A stretch of 64,000 nt of DNA, taken from NCBI GenBank assembly GCA_963800655.1, contig CAWDBT010000001.1, positions 23,478 to 87,477 on the forward strand, in the 5' to 3' direction. The position numbers and the translations under genes were made by a program. Shown one piece after another: positions 20,442 to 29,667 of this stretch (positions within the stretch are counted from its first letter, which is position 1; the number at the start of each line of letters is the position of its first letter). The notes below the pieces were generated by a model, which was not told the DNA's origin, did no database searches, and saw only the letters and a list, made by a program, of their open reading frames with translations. The stretch comes from Parachlamydiales bacterium. Its GTDB lineage: Bacteria; Chlamydiota; Chlamydiia; Chlamydiales; SM23-39.

Positions 20442-20933
20442 ATGACATTTAAAAAAATATTTAAAACAATCCTTGTTTTTTTCGGCAGGGTTTTTCTTGG
20501 CGTCGATTTTTATCTTCGGAAGGCCTCAAGAAATTGCTGAATTGGGAGGATAGCGATCGGCTGTTCGTCTCCTGCTTTGAGCGATTGGCAGTTTCACGCG
20601 GGATTTTCCCCTGCGCTACAGGATTTCATCGGCTTTTATATTGCCTTGGACTCCGCTTCCGCTGATCGCGGCGAAGTCTTCTTGAGATTGTCGGAGGGCT
20701 TTGCATCGTATTGGGGAAGCGCGAGAGGCTCGGCGCGTGGCTTTTGATTTTAGTCCTGATTCCTGCATCGGTCATCTTCCATGCATTCTGGTTTCTCGAC
20801 GGGAGCCAGAGGGAATCGGGAATCCTCGATATTCTTTAAGAATCTCACGATTTGCGGGTCTCTCTTTTTGGTCGCTGCCTTAGGGGCTCAGGCGAAGGCG
20901 GGGGATAGCGAAGGGTCTATGGAGTTTTCTTAA
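20442..20933 (+). CDS. DoxX-family membrane protein, frame-disrupted
   Basis: Hand translation across frames gives MTFKKIFKTILVFFGRVFLASIFIFG..LKKLLNW..EIVGGLCIVLGK..LIPASVIFHAFWFLDGSQRE..LKNLTICGSLFLVAALGA, a DoxX-like pattern. Confidence 0.55.
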
Positions 20934-20979
20934 GAGATTCGCGCTCCGGCTATGCTTCATTGCGCTCAGCTTTTTCATC

Positions 20980-22572
20980 GTGGGATTCGGACAGCCGGCC
21001 TGGGTGTCGCAATTCGGCCCATTGGCGGCCTCCTTCGGGTATGCGCTTTTCTGGAAGGGGATGCTCGACTGGGGTGCAGGAACTAACAGATTTTGGCTGG
21101 CATTTTCCTGGTTTGCCTCCGTTCAAGCGGTTCAGCTCTCCTGGCTGAGTGCGACCGATTACATGGGGCTTTGCATTCTGATCGTCTATGCGGGGCTCCT
21201 CGCCTTCCTAGGAATGCAGTTCGCTTTTTTTTCCAAGAAAATCGATGGCTCGCCAATTGGATTTCTAGAAGCGGCGTCTCTGTCCGGAGCCTGGGTTCTC
21301 TTCGAGTGGATGCGGCTATTCATTTCCGCGGGATTCACTTGGAATCCCGCCGGCATGGCTCTCGCTTGTTCCGAATGGTCTTTGCGAGCCGTTTCACTGT
21401 TTGGAATCTATGGGCTTTCATTTTGGGCGATCTTTGTCAATTTGATCGCGTTGCGCTCTGTTCAAAAAAAGACCGTCGCTTCAGCCGCGGCATGGGTTGT
21501 CTGCATGGCGTGCCCATACATATTCGGGATAGCGCAAGAAGTTGCTTTCCGCAAAAGCGCAGAATCCCTCAGAGCTGTTCTCGTGCAAACAGCGCTGAGC
21601 CCCGAGGAAAAAGACGGATTGTTCGGCGGCCGCCGCGCGATCGATCCGCTAGATCAATGGGATCGAATCGTGCAGTTGATCGAAGCTGCAGAGCCGAAGG
21701 AAATCGATCTCATCGCGTTGCCCGAAGGGACATTGCCGATCGAGGCATTTCGGCCAGCCTATCGGTTGGCCGAAATCGAACATCTTTGGGCAGTGAGATT
21801 TCATTCCGAACTTTGGAGGGATGCGCCGCCGCTTCAACCTCCGCTCGCAGAGAAAATCGGGTCGCAGCATTGGTTTGTCAGCAACGCATTCATCGCTCAG
21901 GCGCTTGCAAATCACTATCGGAGCGAATTGATCGCCGGTTTCGACAGGGTTTGCCAAACGAGCGGAAAACATTACAATGCGGCATTCCACTTTGTTCCGG
22001 GCCGCGGCGAGCCCCTGTCGTTTTACGACAAGCAGATGTTGGTTCCGATGGGGGAATATATTCCGCTAAAGGGAGTCCCTTTTTTTTCTAATTTACTCGC
22101 GCGTTGGTTCGATTTGGGAAGTCCATTTGAAGCCGGAGAAAAGCCAGGGGTGTTTTTCGGAAAAGTTCCCATCGGGCTTACGATTTGCTATGAAGAGACA
22201 TATGGGCATCTCGTCTCCAGAACGAGGCAGATCGGAGCGGAACTACTCGTCAATATTTCAAACGACATTTGGTTTCCCCGATCCAAATTGGCAAGGCAGC
22301 ATTTCGACCATGGGATGATCAGAGGAGTTGAAAATGGAATTCCGGTTCTGCGCGCCTGTAATACCGGAATTACCGGAGGCGTCGATTGCTTCGGCCGCAT
22401 CGTAGCATCTCTGCCGCCTGAGAAAGCCGGCGCGTTGATCGTCGAAATTCCCCGAGATTCATGCCCGTCTCTTTATTCCCTTTGGGGCGACTGGGCCATT
22501 CTGGCCTTAGCCGTCGCAGGATCTATTCGCGTTTTCACAAAACAAGCGAAGCCAAAATTGCTTCAAAATTGA
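20980..22572 (+). CDS. lnt: Apolipoprotein N-acyltransferase
   Basis: 530 aa with a polytopic N-terminus plus a C-N hydrolase domain (DLIALPEG; LTICYEETYG). The frame is open upstream to 20884 (..FLKRFALRLCFIALSFFIV), so the true start is uncertain. GTG at 20980 is used here. Confidence 0.85.
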   Translation: MGFGQPAWVSQFGPLAASFGYALFWKGMLDWGAGTNRFWLAFSWFASVQAVQLSWLSATDYMGLCILIVYAGLLAFLGMQFAFFSKKIDGSPIGFLEAASLSGAWVLFEWMRLFISAGFTWNPAGMALACSEWSLRAVSLFGIYGLSFWAIFVNLIALRSVQKKTVASAAAWVVCMACPYIFGIAQEVAFRKSAESLRAVLVQTALSPEEKDGLFGGRRAIDPLDQWDRIVQLIEAAEPKEIDLIALPEGTLPIEAFRPAYRLAEIEHLWAVRFHSELWRDAPPLQPPLAEKIGSQHWFVSNAFIAQALANHYRSELIAGFDRVCQTSGKHYNAAFHFVPGRGEPLSFYDKQMLVPMGEYIPLKGVPFFSNLLARWFDLGSPFEAGEKPGVFFGKVPIGLTICYEETYGHLVSRTRQIGAELLVNISNDIWFPRSKLARQHFDHGMIRGVENGIPVLRACNTGITGGVDCFGRIVASLPPEKAGALIVEIPRDSCPSLYSLWGDWAILALAVAGSIRVFTKQAKPKLLQN

Positions 22573-22779
22573 CTTAGATGCATTCAGCAAGTGTCCAATA
22601 TTGGGTTTTTCTCGGTTTCCAATCGAGAGGATCTCGGTTTTTGCATGCTTCTAAATGACCGAGATTTTCTAAAGAGACTTGCTCGAAATAAAGCCGCTCG
22701 TTTACCTTTTTACCAAATGTGTAAAGCGCCCTTGGGCTGGGCATTTTGACAAAAGAGGTGGCCATTGACCGAATCTTTG

Positions 22780-23619
22780 ATGCAAAGAACGATGCAGCGC
22801 GAAGCAAGCGTTTCCGGCATCGGTCTTTTCACCGGAGAGAAGGTGTCTTTGAAGATCCTTCCAGCTCCTTCGGGGAGCGGGATCGCGTTCCGCCGGATGG
22901 ATTTGACAGGCCAGCCCATCGTCGCGGCTTCGGCTTCAAATGTATGCGATACGACTCGTTCCACTCGGCTCGGACTCGGGGAATGCAAGGTCTCCATGGT
23001 CGAGCATCTGCTCTCCGCGCTCAGCGCCTGCGGAATCGACAACGCTCTTTTGGAAATCAATGGCTCTGAAGTCCCCGCATGCGATGGCAGTGCGCAAGTG
23101 TTCGTCGATCTGATCGAGAAGGCCGGAATTCAAGTCCTGAATGAACCCCGCCGTTATTTCGAAGTGAAAAAACCGATTTTCTGGTCCGATCGAGAGGCTC
23201 ACCTGATCGCTCTTCCATGCAGCGATTTTAAAATCAGCTATACTTTGCACTATCCCGGATCCAATCTGCTCGGATCCCAATATTTTTCATTTCTCGTCAC
23301 TCCCGAAGCCTATCGAGGAGCGATTGCTCCTTGCCGCACGTTCTCTCTCTATGAGGAAATCGCGCCGCTCATCGAGAATGGATTCATCAAGGGGGGCGGC
23401 CTCGACAATGCTGTCGTCATTAAAAACGATCGCGTGCTCAACCCAGGCGGCATTCGCTTCCCCGATGAAATGGTTCGGCATAAAATCCTCGATTTAATCG
23501 GCGATCTGTCCTTGATCGGTTGCAGGCTCAAGGCCCATGTGATCGCGATCCGTTCGGGGCATTCAGGGAATGTGGCGTTCGCCAAAGAAATTCTCAATCA
23601 TTTTTTGAAGGTGGCTTAA
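22780..23619 (+). CDS. lpxC: UDP-3-O-acyl-N-acetylglucosamine deacetylase
   Basis: MQRTMQREASVSGIGLFTGEKVSLKILPA aligns with the E. coli LpxC N-terminus, and MVRHKILDLIGDL is present. The track ORF starts at TTG 22765. Confidence 0.9.
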   Translation: MQRTMQREASVSGIGLFTGEKVSLKILPAPSGSGIAFRRMDLTGQPIVAASASNVCDTTRSTRLGLGECKVSMVEHLLSALSACGIDNALLEINGSEVPACDGSAQVFVDLIEKAGIQVLNEPRRYFEVKKPIFWSDREAHLIALPCSDFKISYTLHYPGSNLLGSQYFSFLVTPEAYRGAIAPCRTFSLYEEIAPLIENGFIKGGGLDNAVVIKNDRVLNPGGIRFPDEMVRHKILDLIGDLSLIGCRLKAHVIAIRSGHSGNVAFAKEILNHFLKVA

Positions 23620-24087
23620 ATGAAAGACCCCGCCGCTTTCCGATCGCCAGTGATGAATGTAAAGGATATCCAGAAGATTTTACCGCATCGCTATCCATTT
23701 TTACTGGTCGATCGGATCCTGGAGATCAATTTGGAAGAAAATGAGATTCTCGGCGTCAAGAATGTCACGGTCAACGAGCCGTTTTTCCAAGGGCATTTTC
23801 CCGGCGTTCCGATTATGCCCGGAGTGCTGCTGCTCGAAGCCCTTGCGCAGACCGGAGGCGTTCTCGTCCATCAGAAAGGATATGATAAGAAGATCGCCGT
23901 ATTGTTAAATATAGCGAATGCGAAGTTTCGCAGGCCGGTAGTTCCCGGAGATGTGCTTTTCCTTCATGCAAAAGGACTTCACATCAGCGGGACCGGCGGA
24001 AAAATCCGCGCAAAGGCCACGGTCCAAGAGACGGTCGTCGTCGAGGCGGAATTGAGCTTTGCCTTGGTCGACAAGGAAAAGCTCTAA
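23620..24087 (+). CDS. fabZ: 3-hydroxyacyl-ACP dehydratase
   Basis: 155 aa with [13 protein letters not shown] and [23 protein letters not shown]. Confidence 0.95.
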   Translation: MKDPAAFRSPVMNVKDIQKILPHRYPFLLVDRILEINLEENEILGVKNVTVNEPFFQGHFPGVPIMPGVLLLEALAQTGGVLVHQKGYDKKIAVLLNIANAKFRRPVVPGDVLFLHAKGLHISGTGGKIRAKATVQETVVVEAELSFALVDKEKL

Positions 24088-24121
24088 AGGTGCAAAGAAC
24101 CCGCTAACGAACTGGATTCCC

Positions 24122-24979
24122 ATGGCAAACATTCATCCTCTAGCAGTCGTGGAAAGCGGAGCGCAGATCGGCGCAAACGTGACCATCGAACCTTTCGCTG
24201 TCGTAAAAGGCACGGCTATCATCAAAGACGGCGCGGTGATCAAATCCCACGCTTACATCGACGGGCATACGACGATCGGAGAACATACCGTGATCTGGCC
24301 GGGGGCGAGCATCGGTACGAAAACGCAGGATCGGAAATTTCAAGGCGAAAAGACTTATGTGGAAATCGGCAAACATTGCGAAATCCGCGAATTCGTGACG
24401 ATCAATTCTTCCTGTCAGGAAAACTCCACTGTCCGCGTAGGAGACCGCTGCCTCATCATGGCGTACTGCCATGTCGCGCATAACTGCGAGATCGGCAACG
24501 GCGTCATCATGGCCAATAATGCGATGCTCGCAGGCCATGTGATCGTCGAGGATTTTGCGATTATCGGAGGGATGACTCCGGTGCATCAATTTTCCCGAAT
24601 CGGTAAATTTGCAATGGTCGGCGGATTCAGCCGGGTTTCCAACGACATTCCTCCCTACACGATCGGGGGCGGGAATCCCTATAAGTTTGGCGGTATCAAT
24701 CTGATCGGACTCAAACGCCATCAGTTTCCCCTATCCGTCAGGCGCGAGTTGGCCAAGGCATTCAAGCTCACTTATCGCTGCGGACTCAGACTTGAAGAGG
24801 CCATTCGGCGCATCGAAGAAGAGATCGAGCCGATCTCCGAAATCAAACACTGGCTGGAGTTTTGCCGCGCATCTAAACGCGGCCTATTAGGTCTTCAGGG
24901 CGTTGTGCATGACAAGCAGCAATCCCCGGAAGAAATCGAAGATGATGAAATTTGCGAAGAAATCAAAGTCCGCGTGTGA
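24122..24979 (+). CDS. lpxA: Acyl-ACP--UDP-GlcNAc O-acyltransferase
   Basis: MANIHPLAVVESGAQIGANVTIEPFAVV followed by hexapeptide repeats. Start placed at ATG 24122; the track ORF begins at 24059. Confidence 0.9.
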   Translation: MANIHPLAVVESGAQIGANVTIEPFAVVKGTAIIKDGAVIKSHAYIDGHTTIGEHTVIWPGASIGTKTQDRKFQGEKTYVEIGKHCEIREFVTINSSCQENSTVRVGDRCLIMAYCHVAHNCEIGNGVIMANNAMLAGHVIVEDFAIIGGMTPVHQFSRIGKFAMVGGFSRVSNDIPPYTIGGGNPYKFGGINLIGLKRHQFPLSVRRELAKAFKLTYRCGLRLEEAIRRIEEEIEPISEIKHWLEFCRASKRGLLGLQGVVHDKQQSPEEIEDDEICEEIKVRV

Positions 24980-25929
24980 AGATCGTTTTTTTCGGAACCC
25001 CATCGTTCGCCGCTAAAGTTCTAGAATATTTAATCCAGCACAGCATCCAGATCGCCGGAGTCGTCGCACAGCCCGATCGGATGCAGGGCCGCTCGCTTCA
25101 TCTCACAGCTCCGGAAGCCAAACAAACCGCTTTGCGGCTCGTCCCTCAGGTCCCTTTGTTCCAACCGGAAAAGGCATCCGATCCCGCATTTCTCCAGGAA
25201 CTAAGCGCTCTTAAGGCCGACTTGTTCGTCGTCGTCGCTTATGGACAGATTCTCTCGAGGAAACTCCTCGCGATTCCTCCACTCGGCTGCATCAATGTCC
25301 ACGCCAGCCTTCTCCCATTGTATCGAGGAGCGGCTCCCATGCAGCGCGCCCTCATGGACGGAGCAGCCAAAACCGGTATTGCGATACAGAAAATGGTTTA
25401 CGAACTCGACGCAGGAGATGTGATCGATGCAGCGGAGATCTCCGTAGACGAGCAAATGACGTTTGGGCAGCTCGAAGAAGCTCTATGCGCTCTGGCCAAT
25501 CCCTTGCTTCTCTCTATTCTAAAGCGCTACGATGCCGAAGGAATTCCATCGGCAGTTTCCCAGAATTCATCCCTTGCGACCTACGCTTCAAAGCTTTGCC
25601 CCGAAGAAATGCAAATCGATTGGGGCAAGGATGCTTTATCTGTGCATAATTTGATCCGCGCTCTTTCTCCGAAACCCGGGGCATGGTGTTGGATCCAAGT
25701 TGGATCCGAGCGCAAGCGCCTGAAAATTTTACGCACGAAATTCTCGCCTCTTCAGGGATCCATCGGGGAGTTTCTTTCTTTTACTCCCAAAAGCTGCGTC
25801 ATCGCAGCTAAAACGGGCGCCCTCGAACTTCTAGAGGTGCAGCCTGAAGGAAAAAAAATCATGCCGGCTGCCGATTGGGTTCGCGGATGCCAAACGATTC
25901 CAAAGGTGATCTTGAATTTATCCCAATAA
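24976..25929 (+). CDS. fmt: Methionyl-tRNA formyltransferase
   Basis: (V/M)KIVFFGTPSFA.., VVAYGQIL and INVHASLLPLYRGAAP. The GTG at 24976 overlaps the lpxA TGA. The track ORF begins at 24952. Confidence 0.9.
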   Translation: MKIVFFGTPSFAAKVLEYLIQHSIQIAGVVAQPDRMQGRSLHLTAPEAKQTALRLVPQVPLFQPEKASDPAFLQELSALKADLFVVVAYGQILSRKLLAIPPLGCINVHASLLPLYRGAAPMQRALMDGAAKTGIAIQKMVYELDAGDVIDAAEISVDEQMTFGQLEEALCALANPLLLSILKRYDAEGIPSAVSQNSSLATYASKLCPEEMQIDWGKDALSVHNLIRALSPKPGAWCWIQVGSERKRLKILRTKFSPLQGSIGEFLSFTPKSCVIAAKTGALELLEVQPEGKKIMPAADWVRGCQTIPKVILNLSQ

Positions 25930-26065
25930 TGAAAACTATTTCACAACTCCGAAGCGGCGAGTGCCCGACCTTAATAATTGCTTCAGCCATTGAAAAATCG
26001 CCCTGATTTTTTCTGCGCATTGCGGTGTGCGGCTAGCGCCGCATTGATTAAAATTTCGAGATCAC

Positions 26066-26213
26066 GCGTCTACAAAGAGCGGCTTCGTCGATTTTTCGAT
26101 TCTTTTTACAGGGGTTGTATACGAACGTTGATATCACCCCTGTAAAAAGAATCGAAAAAAGGCTCAAAAAATCCCAAAAACGACTGGAGCTTCTCTTTGT
26201 AGATGCCCTCTGA
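26066..26213. repeat. Composite inverted repeat made of two opposed copies of the dispersed repeat (long hairpin)
   Basis: Perfect 24-bp arms: 26092-26115 TTTTTCGATTCTTTTTACAGGGGT and 26136-26159 ACCCCTGTAAAAAGAATCGAAAAA. The 20-nt loop is TGTATACGAACGTTGATATC. Outer arms TCTACAAAGAG (26069-26079) and CTCTTTGTAGA (26193-26203) pair, with a 21-nt insertion in the right arm. Confidence 0.85.
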
Positions 26214-26300
26214 GTCCCTTGCTTTCCTAAATTAATTCTATCTTTTTAACAATCCTCTCTATATGCTTCTGCCTCTTTTAAAACTCAAGGAGGGAAATCC

Positions 26301-27035
26301 ATGGGATGCACAGTCCAGGTTGTCTTACGCGAATACGAAGCGGTTAGAATTAAAAATCACGGTCGTCTGGCGGATGCTATTAAGCAATGCTATGAGGGAA
26401 CCGGCGGTGCGGCAGATTTGATTAAAACCATCAAGGCGTGCGCGACATTGTGCGGGAATCACAGGCTCGCCGATAAATGCGGCGGATATTTGGGTTTGGC
26501 GGCCATTCCCCATACTTATTGCGCATTGAAGAACGTCGCCGAGTCAGCGCAGGAATTCGATATCGAATCCCCTCGGGCAGTAAATAAATTGCTTTGCAAC
26601 GGATTCGATGCCGCAAGCACGGCGATCAACGCGTTCACGACTGTCTCCGCGGAATATCCAAAGGCTCTTCCCGAGACGGCCCGAGTGCTCGGAGCTGCCA
26701 AGGATGTATTCGACGCCGGAGTGTGGACATCGGATGTTTGCAGCTATACAAAACTTTCCAAACTGTTGAAAGACAGAGCAGACATTCCCAACGTCCAGAG
26801 CGCGATTCGATCCAAGGCCGCTTATTCGTGTTTGAAGCTCGCCAAGGCCATCGCGTCGATTGCGGCAGGGGTGTTTGCCTGCTTTACCATCTTCACGGGC
26901 GCTGCGCTTGTTTCTCCCGTGACGGCTGTGGTTGTTGCTTTAACTGCGACGATGTTTAACATCTCCGCTTTCTATTACAAAAATTATATTTCCGAATTCG
27001 ATCTGAGCGAACGGGTTTGTGTAAAAACTGTTTAA
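26301..27035 (+). CDS. Hypothetical protein with a C-terminal bilobed hydrophobic domain (Inc-like), in the fmt-rplC slot
   Basis: 244 aa. Residues about 175-222 read AIASIAAGVFACFTIFTGAAL-VSP-VTAVVVALTATMFNISAFYY, two TM helices with a 3-residue turn. Good RBS (aaggaggg). No recognised family. Confidence 0.5.
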   Translation: MGCTVQVVLREYEAVRIKNHGRLADAIKQCYEGTGGAADLIKTIKACATLCGNHRLADKCGGYLGLAAIPHTYCALKNVAESAQEFDIESPRAVNKLLCNGFDAASTAINAFTTVSAEYPKALPETARVLGAAKDVFDAGVWTSDVCSYTKLSKLLKDRADIPNVQSAIRSKAAYSCLKLAKAIASIAAGVFACFTIFTGAALVSPVTAVVVALTATMFNISAFYYKNYISEFDLSERVCVKTV

Positions 27036-27048
27036 CCTTTTTAGAGAA

Positions 27049-27072
27049 AGCGCGGCTTTTTGAGGCCGCGCT
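27049..27072 (+). terminator. Possible hairpin terminator after the Inc-like gene
   Basis: AGCGCGGC-TTTTTGAG-GCCGCGCT, an 8-bp GC-rich stem 14 nt after the stop. The trailing T tract is weak (CTCCCTTTG). Confidence 0.35.
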
Positions 27073-27182
27073 CTCCCTTTGAGGTTAGTCATAAATTCAT
27101 GCGTCATCGAGTTTCTCGATTGTTTTTGCCTCTTTTTGAAAGGGCAATATCTCCAAAGCGTATAGCCCATTCAAATAGAGAC

Positions 27183-27240
27183 AAAAATCGGCTCAAAAGA
27201 ACCGAAAAATCGACAGAAGACGCGACTTCTAGCGCCCTCT
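27183..27240 (-). repeat. Copy c of the dispersed intergenic repeat
   Basis: The reverse complement reads AGAGGGCGCTAGAAGTCGCGTCTTCTGTCGATTTTTCGGTTCTTTTGAGCCGATTTTT, which aligns with copy a. Confidence 0.6.
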
Positions 27241-27789
27241 TTGCAAGGGGGATCTTTTGAAAATTCCCCAATAGCCAGCGGTTTGACTCCGCAGGAATGG
27301 TGTTTGGGAATCTGTCTTCTTCTCCTTCTTTCTACAATGTATTTTATCGCCAGGCAGACGAGTTTTCGCGATCTCGAGCGTCTGCAAGAATCCCAAGGGG
27401 CGGTTCCCGTTGAAATGGTCGAGGTCGAAATCTCTGGATGCGTTCGAAAGAGCGGCCGCTACCAAATTCCAGCGGGATCCTCTGTCTTGCCGGCGCTGCG
27501 CAAGGCTCGACCACTCCCTTTCGCCGACATGACAAACATTTCTTTAGACGAACCGATCTCGGTTCCGATTCGGATAGAGATTCCTAGGTTGGAAAAAATT
27601 ATTGTCTTTGTCGAAGGGTGTGTCGAGACTTCTGTTCGCCTTGAACTTCCGGCGGGCAGCAGGGTTTGCGATCTCAAAGGTCGCATCGAATTGGCCCAAG
27701 GCGCAGATCTTCAGTATTTGAAGCGGCGGCGGCTCCTCAAAAACCAAGAACGGGTCGTCGTTCCTCGCAGGCGGGACGAATGTTATTAA
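27241..27789 (+). CDS. Membrane-anchored protein with two SLBB-like (ComEA/Wza-type beta-grasp) repeats
   Basis: 182 aa with an N-terminal TM (WCLGICLLLLLSTMYFIA). Two similar units follow: VEVEISGCVRKSGRYQIPAGSSVLPAL and IIVFVEGCVETSVRLELPAGSRVCDL..RVVVP. Pattern-level call only. TTG start is uncertain. Confidence 0.35.
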   Translation: MQGGSFENSPIASGLTPQEWCLGICLLLLLSTMYFIARQTSFRDLERLQESQGAVPVEMVEVEISGCVRKSGRYQIPAGSSVLPALRKARPLPFADMTNISLDEPISVPIRIEIPRLEKIIVFVEGCVETSVRLELPAGSRVCDLKGRIELAQGADLQYLKRRRLLKNQERVVVPRRRDECY

Positions 27790-28012
27790 CCTGCTGGTTA
27801 TTAGGTCTTTGATCTCTTCAAACCAGGGGCAAACTCGTTTGGCTAAGAGATTTTAATTGAGGGAAAACAAAGAGATCAGTATTCTCTCTGCTTATCTTTT
27901 TTAGTCAGCTCCCACGCTTTCGAAAGCGGGCTGAATTGTGCGCATTTGTCTCAGCGCGAAGTTGTGCCGAGAGATGCTTTGATGTTGAATTACGAGTGAA
28001 AAAGGAAAGGCT

Positions 28013-28663
28013 ATGGCGCTGACACTGATAGGTCAGAAGAAAGGAATGGCTCAAGTATTTGATGCCGAGGGAAAGGCTGTTGTTTGCACGGTCATTCAGG
28101 TTCGTGCCGAATCCCGTCGTGCAAGTGAAGCGTCCCGAAACCGATGGGTATTCGGCGATTCAGCTCGGCGGGGTGCCTCTTTCAAAATCTCGTGCGGAAA
28201 ATTTGACAAAGCCCCTCAAAGGGCATTTTGCGAAAGCCGGAGTCGCCGGCTGCTGGCGTTTAAAGGAATCTGTAGTCGCGAATGCGAGCCAGTATCAGGT
28301 GGGCCAATCGATCGGTTTGATGTTCTCGCGGGCATCGCTTATGTCGATGTTCAGGGCGTTACGAAAGGAAAAGGCTTCCAAGGGGTAATCAAGCTCCATG
28401 GGTTTGCTGGCGGTCCTGGGGCTCATGGTTCGGGATTTCATCGGCATGCCGGGTCGACTGGACAGCGTTCTACGCCGGGGCGTTGCTATCCGAATGGCAA
28501 GCGGGCTTCCCGCATGGGCGGCGATGTGCAGACGGTTCAGAGCCTCCGCGTTGTCGCGATCAAGGGCGATCTTCTCCTCGTCGAAGGTGCGGTGCCTGGC
28601 GCAAAAGACGGCGTGGTGTATATCGCGCAAGCGAAGAAAAAACAGCACGCAAAGAAAAAATAA
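28013..28663 (+). CDS. rplC: 50S ribosomal protein L3 (two compensating frame shifts near 28100 and 28315)
   Basis: Frame A reads MALTLIGQKKGMAQVFDAEGKAVVCTVIQ. The frame of ORF 28059.. reads PNPVVQVKRPETDGYSAIQLGG..GHFAKAGV. Frame A resumes with VDVQGVTKGKGFQGVIKLHGFAGGPGAHGS. Confidence 0.9.
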   Translation: MALTLIGQKKGMAQVFDAEGKAVVCTVIQVRAESRRASEASRNRWVFGDSARRGASFKISCGKFDKAPQRAFCESRSRRLLAFKGICSRECEPVSGGPIDRFDVLAGIAYVDVQGVTKGKGFQGVIKLHGFAGGPGAHGSGFHRHAGSTGQRSTPGRCYPNGKRASRMGGDVQTVQSLRVVAIKGDLLLVEGAVPGAKDGVVYIAQAKKKQHAKKK

Positions 28664-28681
28664 CGGAAAGGGTCTACCATC

Positions 28682-29314
28682 GTGGCAATCCTGAAAAAAT
28701 ATGATCTGAGCGGCAAGGAAGTTGGCTCAGTTGAAGTGAATGACGCGTGCTCGATGTATCTGCGCATCCCCAGATGATCAAAGATTATATCGTCGCTATC
28801 CGAAATAACGCCCGCCAATGGTCGGCCAATACGAAAGGGCCGCAAAGAGATCAATCGCACCGGAAGAAAACCTCACCCGCAAAAAGGCCAGGGCCGTTCC
28901 CGTCAGGGATGCCTCGCTGCTCCTCAATACAAGGGCGGGGGAATTGTGTTTGGGCCAAAGCCGAAATTCGATCAGCACGTAGCGATCAACAAAAAAGAGA
29001 AACGGGCGGCTATCCGTTATCTCCTCGCTGAAAAAATTAAAGCGAATCAAGTTTGCGTTCTCGATAGCGGGAAAATGAAAAAGCCGGCGACAAAGGTTGT
29101 CGCAAGATTTCTCGAATCGCAAGAGATGCTCGATCATCGCGTTTTGTTTCTCGGAGAAGGCGATTCCTTGAATCAATTTTTGCTCAGCATGCGCAATATT
29201 CCCAAAAAAGAATTTTCCCGTCTGGCAAGCATCAATGGATATAATCTGACGCTCTGCCGCGATATCGTCATTTTGGATGTCGCTCTTGAACAGTTTCTTT
29301 CGGTTTTAGGATAA
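28682..29314 (+). CDS. rplD: 50S ribosomal protein L4 (frame-disrupted near 28745 and 28840)
   Basis: GTG start. VAILKKYDLSGKEVGSVEVND / LDVSAHPQMIKDYIVAIRNNARQWSANTKG / RKPHPQKGQGRSRQG..GGGIVFGPKPKFDQH.. lie in three frames. Confidence 0.85.
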
Positions 29315-29318
29315 GCTT

Positions 29319-29658
29319 ATGACAAAAAAGAGCCCTTACGCCATTATCAAATGCCGCCGCGTGACAGAAAAGTCGCGCACGCTGGAAAATTTGCAGCATG
29401 CTACGAGCAACCCTCGCTCAGCCGCTGCAAAACGCCTAAAGTCGTATTCGATGTGGATGTTTCTGCAACGAAGCCGGAAATTGCGCAGGCGATCGAAGAG
29501 ATCTATGCCGAGCGCAACGTCAAGGTTGTTTCTGTCAATACAGTCTCCATCAAGTCGAAACAGAGGCGTGTGACGGGGTTTCTTGGGCAACTACTGCCTC
29601 TGGAAAAAAAGCGATCGTAACGCTTCAGCCCGGCAACAGCATCGACGAGCAAGTATAA
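29319..29658 (+). CDS. rplW: 50S ribosomal protein L23 (frame-disrupted; one shift in an A7 run at 29604-29610)
   Basis: [19 protein letters not shown] / [33 protein letters not shown] / [18 protein letters not shown] lie in different frames. Confidence 0.85.
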
Positions 29659-29667
29659 GGAACGAAT

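Noticed and set aside
21093-22091. 332-aa ORF in an alternative plus-strand frame inside lnt
   Set aside because: It lies entirely within the well-supported lnt frame. Its Arg/Ser/Gly-rich composition is typical of out-of-frame translation of moderately GC-rich coding DNA, and it has no motifs.
26066-27240. Interpreting the repeat-bracketed Inc-like gene as an insertion sequence or transposon
   Set aside because: There is no transposase or integrase ORF and no obvious target-site duplication. A gene also occupies this slot in distant Chlamydia. It is kept only as a MITE-like or recombination hypothesis in the findings.
27880-27950. 14-nt perfect palindrome CGCTTTCGAAAGCG upstream of rplC as a terminator or ribosomal-operon leader
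   Set aside because: The T-run lies on the wrong side for a terminator in either direction, and I cannot match it to a known L4/S10-type leader. It is too short to interpret.
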